A stretch of 62,673 bases of DNA, the filler included, from Globobulimina sp. (Eukaryota): assembly GCA_003354225.1 (NCBI GenBank). It is 32 parts of 32 records of this genome, joined end to end, with 100 filler letters (N's around TTAATTAATTAA, not from the genome) between each part and the next. Parts side by side here need not be neighbours in the genome. Positions count along the whole stretch, not along the records: positions 58,854 to 60,713 come from PIVH01011143.1; positions 60,814 to 62,673 come from PIVH01011144.1; 30 more parts are not named here. The stretch is one strand, 5' to 3'. The notes beneath the pieces are model-generated. The model saw only the letters and a program-made list of their open reading frames with translations. It did not search any database and had not been told where the DNA came from. The translations under genes and the position numbers were made by a program. Positions 58,754 through 62,673 of the stretch are shown piece after piece (the stretch's first letter is position 1; every line of letters starts with the position of its first letter).

Positions 58754-58950
58754 NNNNNNNNNNNNNNNNNNNNNNNNNNNNNNNNNNNNNNNNNNNNTTA
58801 ATTAATTAANNNNNNNNNNNNNNNNNNNNNNNNNNNNNNNNNNNNNNNNNNNNAAAGAAAAAAAATAATATAAAAAAATTAAAAATAACGTTGGAGAAAA
58901 AAAATATACTAGTTTTAACAAATTAAAATTAAAAAAAAAACAATTTATAT

Positions 58951-60713
58951 TTATACGGCCACTACGTAAGGTGGTAACGTCTGGGTTGGCACTTGCGGAG
59001 GTTCTTGCGGTGGCGATTGAGGAGGAAGCGGCGGAAGGGTCACGATGCCGGGACCGGGCAACAAGCCTATATTTGAAACATCACACGGTACGCCGGGCAC
59101 ACCCACGGCAGTCGTAACGGTACACCCTTGGCACGCATCTGGATTACAATAAATGTCTCCAAAATCAACATTGGTGCCAGTAATGAAAGTGGCGTCTTTG
59201 CATGCTTGCGGCGCGGAACATTCCATCTTCTCGATTTCCAATGCTGTCGCCATCTCATTATTGATAGTAAACGTGGCGCCGTCACAGGCATTTGGTCCAT
59301 TGCACATAATGCCATCGAGCATGGATGGATTTGATCCCATTGAATCCAAATTAATTGTAAATTGAGCACCTTGTTTTATGTGTTTTCAGTTAACAATCTG
59401 AATGGACACCGCACGACAAACGAAAAAATAGACAAACCTTGACACGAATTGGAAGAAGCACATTTTAATATAAATCCTTGCATAGGATTGAAAATTGTAC
59501 GTACAGCGCCACGGCAAGAGATTGGGTCCGGACAGAAGGCGGCTTGTAAGTTTTCAAAACATGCATCGATGCCAGTGACAGATTGACACGATTGGCCACA
59601 TTCGCACTGATCGATTTGAACGTTACTACCAAAATCAAACACTGCGTTAGTACACGCGTCGTGTTGTAAACAATCAACATTCTCAATTTCAACCGGGAAA
59701 TTTGCATCATTTATAATCTTAAACGATAAATTCTCACACGAGGCTTGACCGCTACATGCAATTCGCGAGATCGATAATTTACTTCCGAATGGTGTAGTAT
59801 ATCCGGGCGGTATTATTAACTCTACACTTAAATCTTGACACGATCCCATTCCTTACAAACACAAACACAAACACAAACATTAAGCATCACGGTCGCATGG
59901 TTTGGTCACTACAAAGTTTTTTTCTCAGTAAAGTACAAAATGAGAAACGCTTTGTTACGCAAAGCAAAGTAAACATACAAACCTATACAATCAAGATAGA
60001 AATGTTCAACTGGGGAATATACGCGAATGGTAGCACCTTTGCACCCGGCAGCTCCGCTACAGTCTAAACCACGAATATTCGCTCCATTAATAACAGCATC
60101 TTGACACGCTTCAACACCTTTACACCCAACAAGCGCACCACCAGACTCAGGATCTCTGCCTTGAATATCTACGTATTGTACACCAAATAACCCAGAATTA
60201 CCCACCGTAAATGTGCCACAATCGTTACACGAGACAGAGCCACATAAACAACAATCATAATCTTTCTCACATTTTATAAATTCTGTATTCGATATCTGTT
60301 GTCCGACCGCTTGGCATTGTGCGTCCACTAATGGTTCTGCACACAATTGGCCATAATAACCATGTAAATAACCAGACGATGCTGTTGTTGCAGGCAATGG
60401 TAATGCTGGATTGGTTGGAATCGCAGGTCCTGGTTGTGATGTTACAGCAGGTACGGCCGGGATAACTGGCTGGGTTGGCACTGGAGGAACGGGTACCGGT
60501 GGTACTGGGTTCGCTGGATTCGTTGGAATCGGTACAAATGGGATAGGTGGCACTATAGGCGGTGTGATTGGAACAAATGGTGTTTCGGTTTGGGTTGGCA
60601 CGGCTGGTAATGGTGGTATTTCTGGTTGTGTTACTGCGGGGATTACGGGTATTTCTGTCGGTATGGTGACTGCAGGAATGACGGGCTGTATTGGTTGTAT
60701 TGGTTCGGGAGGA
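58951..60713 (-). CDS. Pro-rich and Cys-repeat extracellular protein (introns 59852-59982 and 59370-59437; 5' truncated)
   Basis: PVIP/PTQ tracts; repeated C.G..AC..A.(I/F) units; both splices restore the frame. Confidence 0.85.
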
Positions 60714-60894
60714 NNNNNNNNNNNNNNNNNNNNNNNNNNNNNNNNNNNNNNNNNNNNTTAATTAATTAANNNNNNNNNNNNNNNNNNNNNNNNNNNNNNN
60801 NNNNNNNNNNNNNAGCCTGTAGGTGATCGTGTGTTAGCAAGTTGTATTGTACAAAAAACATACTTTAAAAAACTGCGCAATTCATTTATTTTAC

Positions 60895-62519
60895 ATGGGC
60901 ACAACAATGTCAACAATGCTGGGAACATTTTGGATCTCTGCATTGTGTATCTTGACATTATGCGAAAATATTAATTGTAATAACGTAGACCCATGTGGCC
61001 CGTGTGTCCTCACTGACACATGTGTCTTAGATTGTGGTGCTAACCGTGCATGCAGATATAATAAATTAATATGCGCAGACAATGCCCCATGCGACGTCGA
61101 CTGTGCTGGCTTTGATGCGTGCAATTCTGTGACCATCATTGGTCCAATTGGATATCCGTTGAATGTTCATGCTGGCACTGAAACTTTGTCGATGCGAGTA
61201 CTTAATATTTCTGCTCCAATGGCAACGGATGTAGCAGCCACCTGTACGGGAGAAAATCAATGCGATAATATGTATATGCGCTGTGGTACAGGCAGCTGCG
61301 ATATCACTTGTTCTACTGTTCAATCATCGCCGTGTTCATTAGTTACAGTCGATGCCACTCTATCAACAAGCTACCAATGCATTGGTAATGATTGCAGTGA
61401 TATACAAACTGTACTGACTGCGCAACCAACCAAGGCTCCAACCACTGCTTCCCCAACAACAGCATCTCCAACAACTGTTTCGCCAACAACAACATTTCCA
61501 ACCTCTTTTCCAACCACATTTGCTCCAACTACTGCAACTCCAACAGAAATGCCAACTATAACAGCAGCTATGGCAGCAATGGAAACAAGTATGTGTATAT
61601 ATTTATATTTATGTACACGGATCGATAGCATTAGGTATTAAATGATCATAATGTAGCAATGTATGAAAGTACAACTACAGATTTACATTTTGACACTGAA
61701 CAACAGATGAAATCAAAGGATGTCATAATATCTCTGTTGGTGGTTATCGTCATCATTGTTTTTGTTAATATTGTATTTTGTATGTATCGTAATAATAGAA
61801 AATCAGTTGCAATGTTACCAGTCATTGCAAACGAAATGGCTGTACATGTTGGTAGCGGGTTAAACAGTGGTATTAGTTCCGAAGGTATATAATCAATAAA
61901 ATGCGTGTTACAGATTTCCAATTGTGACCTATGATTGCGTACTGTGCAATATTTTTCGTTACAATTATATATAAAAATTGATCATGAGGTAACAATTTGA
62001 AATCTGGATTGAAAATAAAACATTGTTATACACGGAAAAGGTGATAATATGATCATGATCAAGATGGCCGCTCCAAATGACATGTCTGATCAGATCGTTT
62101 TGGATGTTGATAATATACAAAATATAGAAATAATAGAATCGCCAAATGATAATGATTTAGTGGCTATGGTTGATACAATAAACATTGATTATGGTGATAG
62201 TGCTGAAAAGCCGGATGTTGGAGTTGTGACAACATCCGGCTATGTCGATAAAGAAAAAAATGTAAGTTTGGCGAGAATGTTGTCGATTGCAAAGATACAA
62301 TCAGCACAAGCAGAGGAGTTGGAACTGATGGCCGAAGCGGAAAGAAATATTAATCGAGAAGAGTACGACGAAGAAGGTTTTGACGATGGAATGTTTGTTG
62401 ATTGTGAAAGTGAGTCAGATGAATTAAATGATAATAATAAGCAAACTAACAAAACAACTGATGATGGAGGTACAACTGCTGGCGGTGCGGATGATGTAGA
62501 TAATCAAAATGCAAATTGA
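60895..62519 (+). CDS. Cys-repeat surface protein with PTT stalk, TM and acidic tail, intron-containing
   Basis: Signal peptide, C.G..AC repeats, (SPTT)n, intron 61589-61657, TM VIISLLVVIVIIVFVNIVFCMY, further intron from 61885. Confidence 0.8.
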
Positions 62520-62589
62520 TTCTTGTAAAATATTTGTAATTTCTTCAACTCAAAGGATTTGTTACGCTTGCTCAAAATGTCATTTGTAC

Positions 62590-62670
62590 TGTACAAAAAA
62601 CTTTAAAAAACTGCGCAATTCATTTATCTTACATGGGCACAACAATGTCAACAATGCTGGGAACATTTTG
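62590..62670 (+). repeat. Diverged copy of 60848-60931 (promoter and start of a tandem paralogue)
   Basis: Same CTTTAAAAAACTGCGCAATTCATTTAT.TTACATGGGCACAACAATGTCAACAATGCTGGGAACATTTTG, with a 4-nt indel and a substitution. Confidence 0.9.
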
Positions 62671-62673
62671 CAC

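Overview
This window is not a contiguous locus. It is 32 unrelated assembly contigs of 1,860-1,863 bp, sorted by decreasing length and joined by 31 artificial 100-bp linkers (44 N + TTAATTAATTAA + 44 N). Neighbourhood across linkers therefore means nothing, and ORFs running into X...LIN are truncated. Most contigs come from an AT-rich, gene-dense protist with mostly 55-80 nt GT-AG introns. The gene content (SPRY, TRAF-type zinc finger, orphan 7TM, 7TM-RGS, PI3K-like, Cys/PT-rich surface proteins) resembles a foraminiferan or other rhizarian; this taxonomy is inference. Recognisable genes: UAP1, N-myristoyltransferase, RFC1, NAD-dependent formate dehydrogenase, SLC26/SulP, MFS oxalate:formate antiporter family, DBH-like monooxygenase fragments, a BBE-like flavoprotein, a sulfotransferase, an SDR, C2H2 zinc fingers, and RINT1-like and INTS4-like genes. 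Other contigs hold a phage-like fragment (1-1863), a Penelope-like retroelement with a hammerhead-like motif, a Ty3/Gypsy integrase and an F-box gene that may be metazoan. Several contigs look chimeric with bacterial DNA. The best leads are a PB1-like domain fused to an apparently dead eIF4A paralogue, an intron-containing RelA/SpoT-like nucleotidyltransferase next to a MITE, the Penelope hammerhead, a tandem-MIT/PI3K-like fusion, a 7TM-RGS family with one copy on a circular or collapsed 1,743-bp unit, a palindrome array in which two ORFs terminate, and frequent GTT 5' splice sites. No CRISPR array, rRNA or tRNA was seen, and no multi-gene novel system can be demonstrated from 1.9-kb fragments. 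All family assignments come from motif recognition by eye, not database searches.
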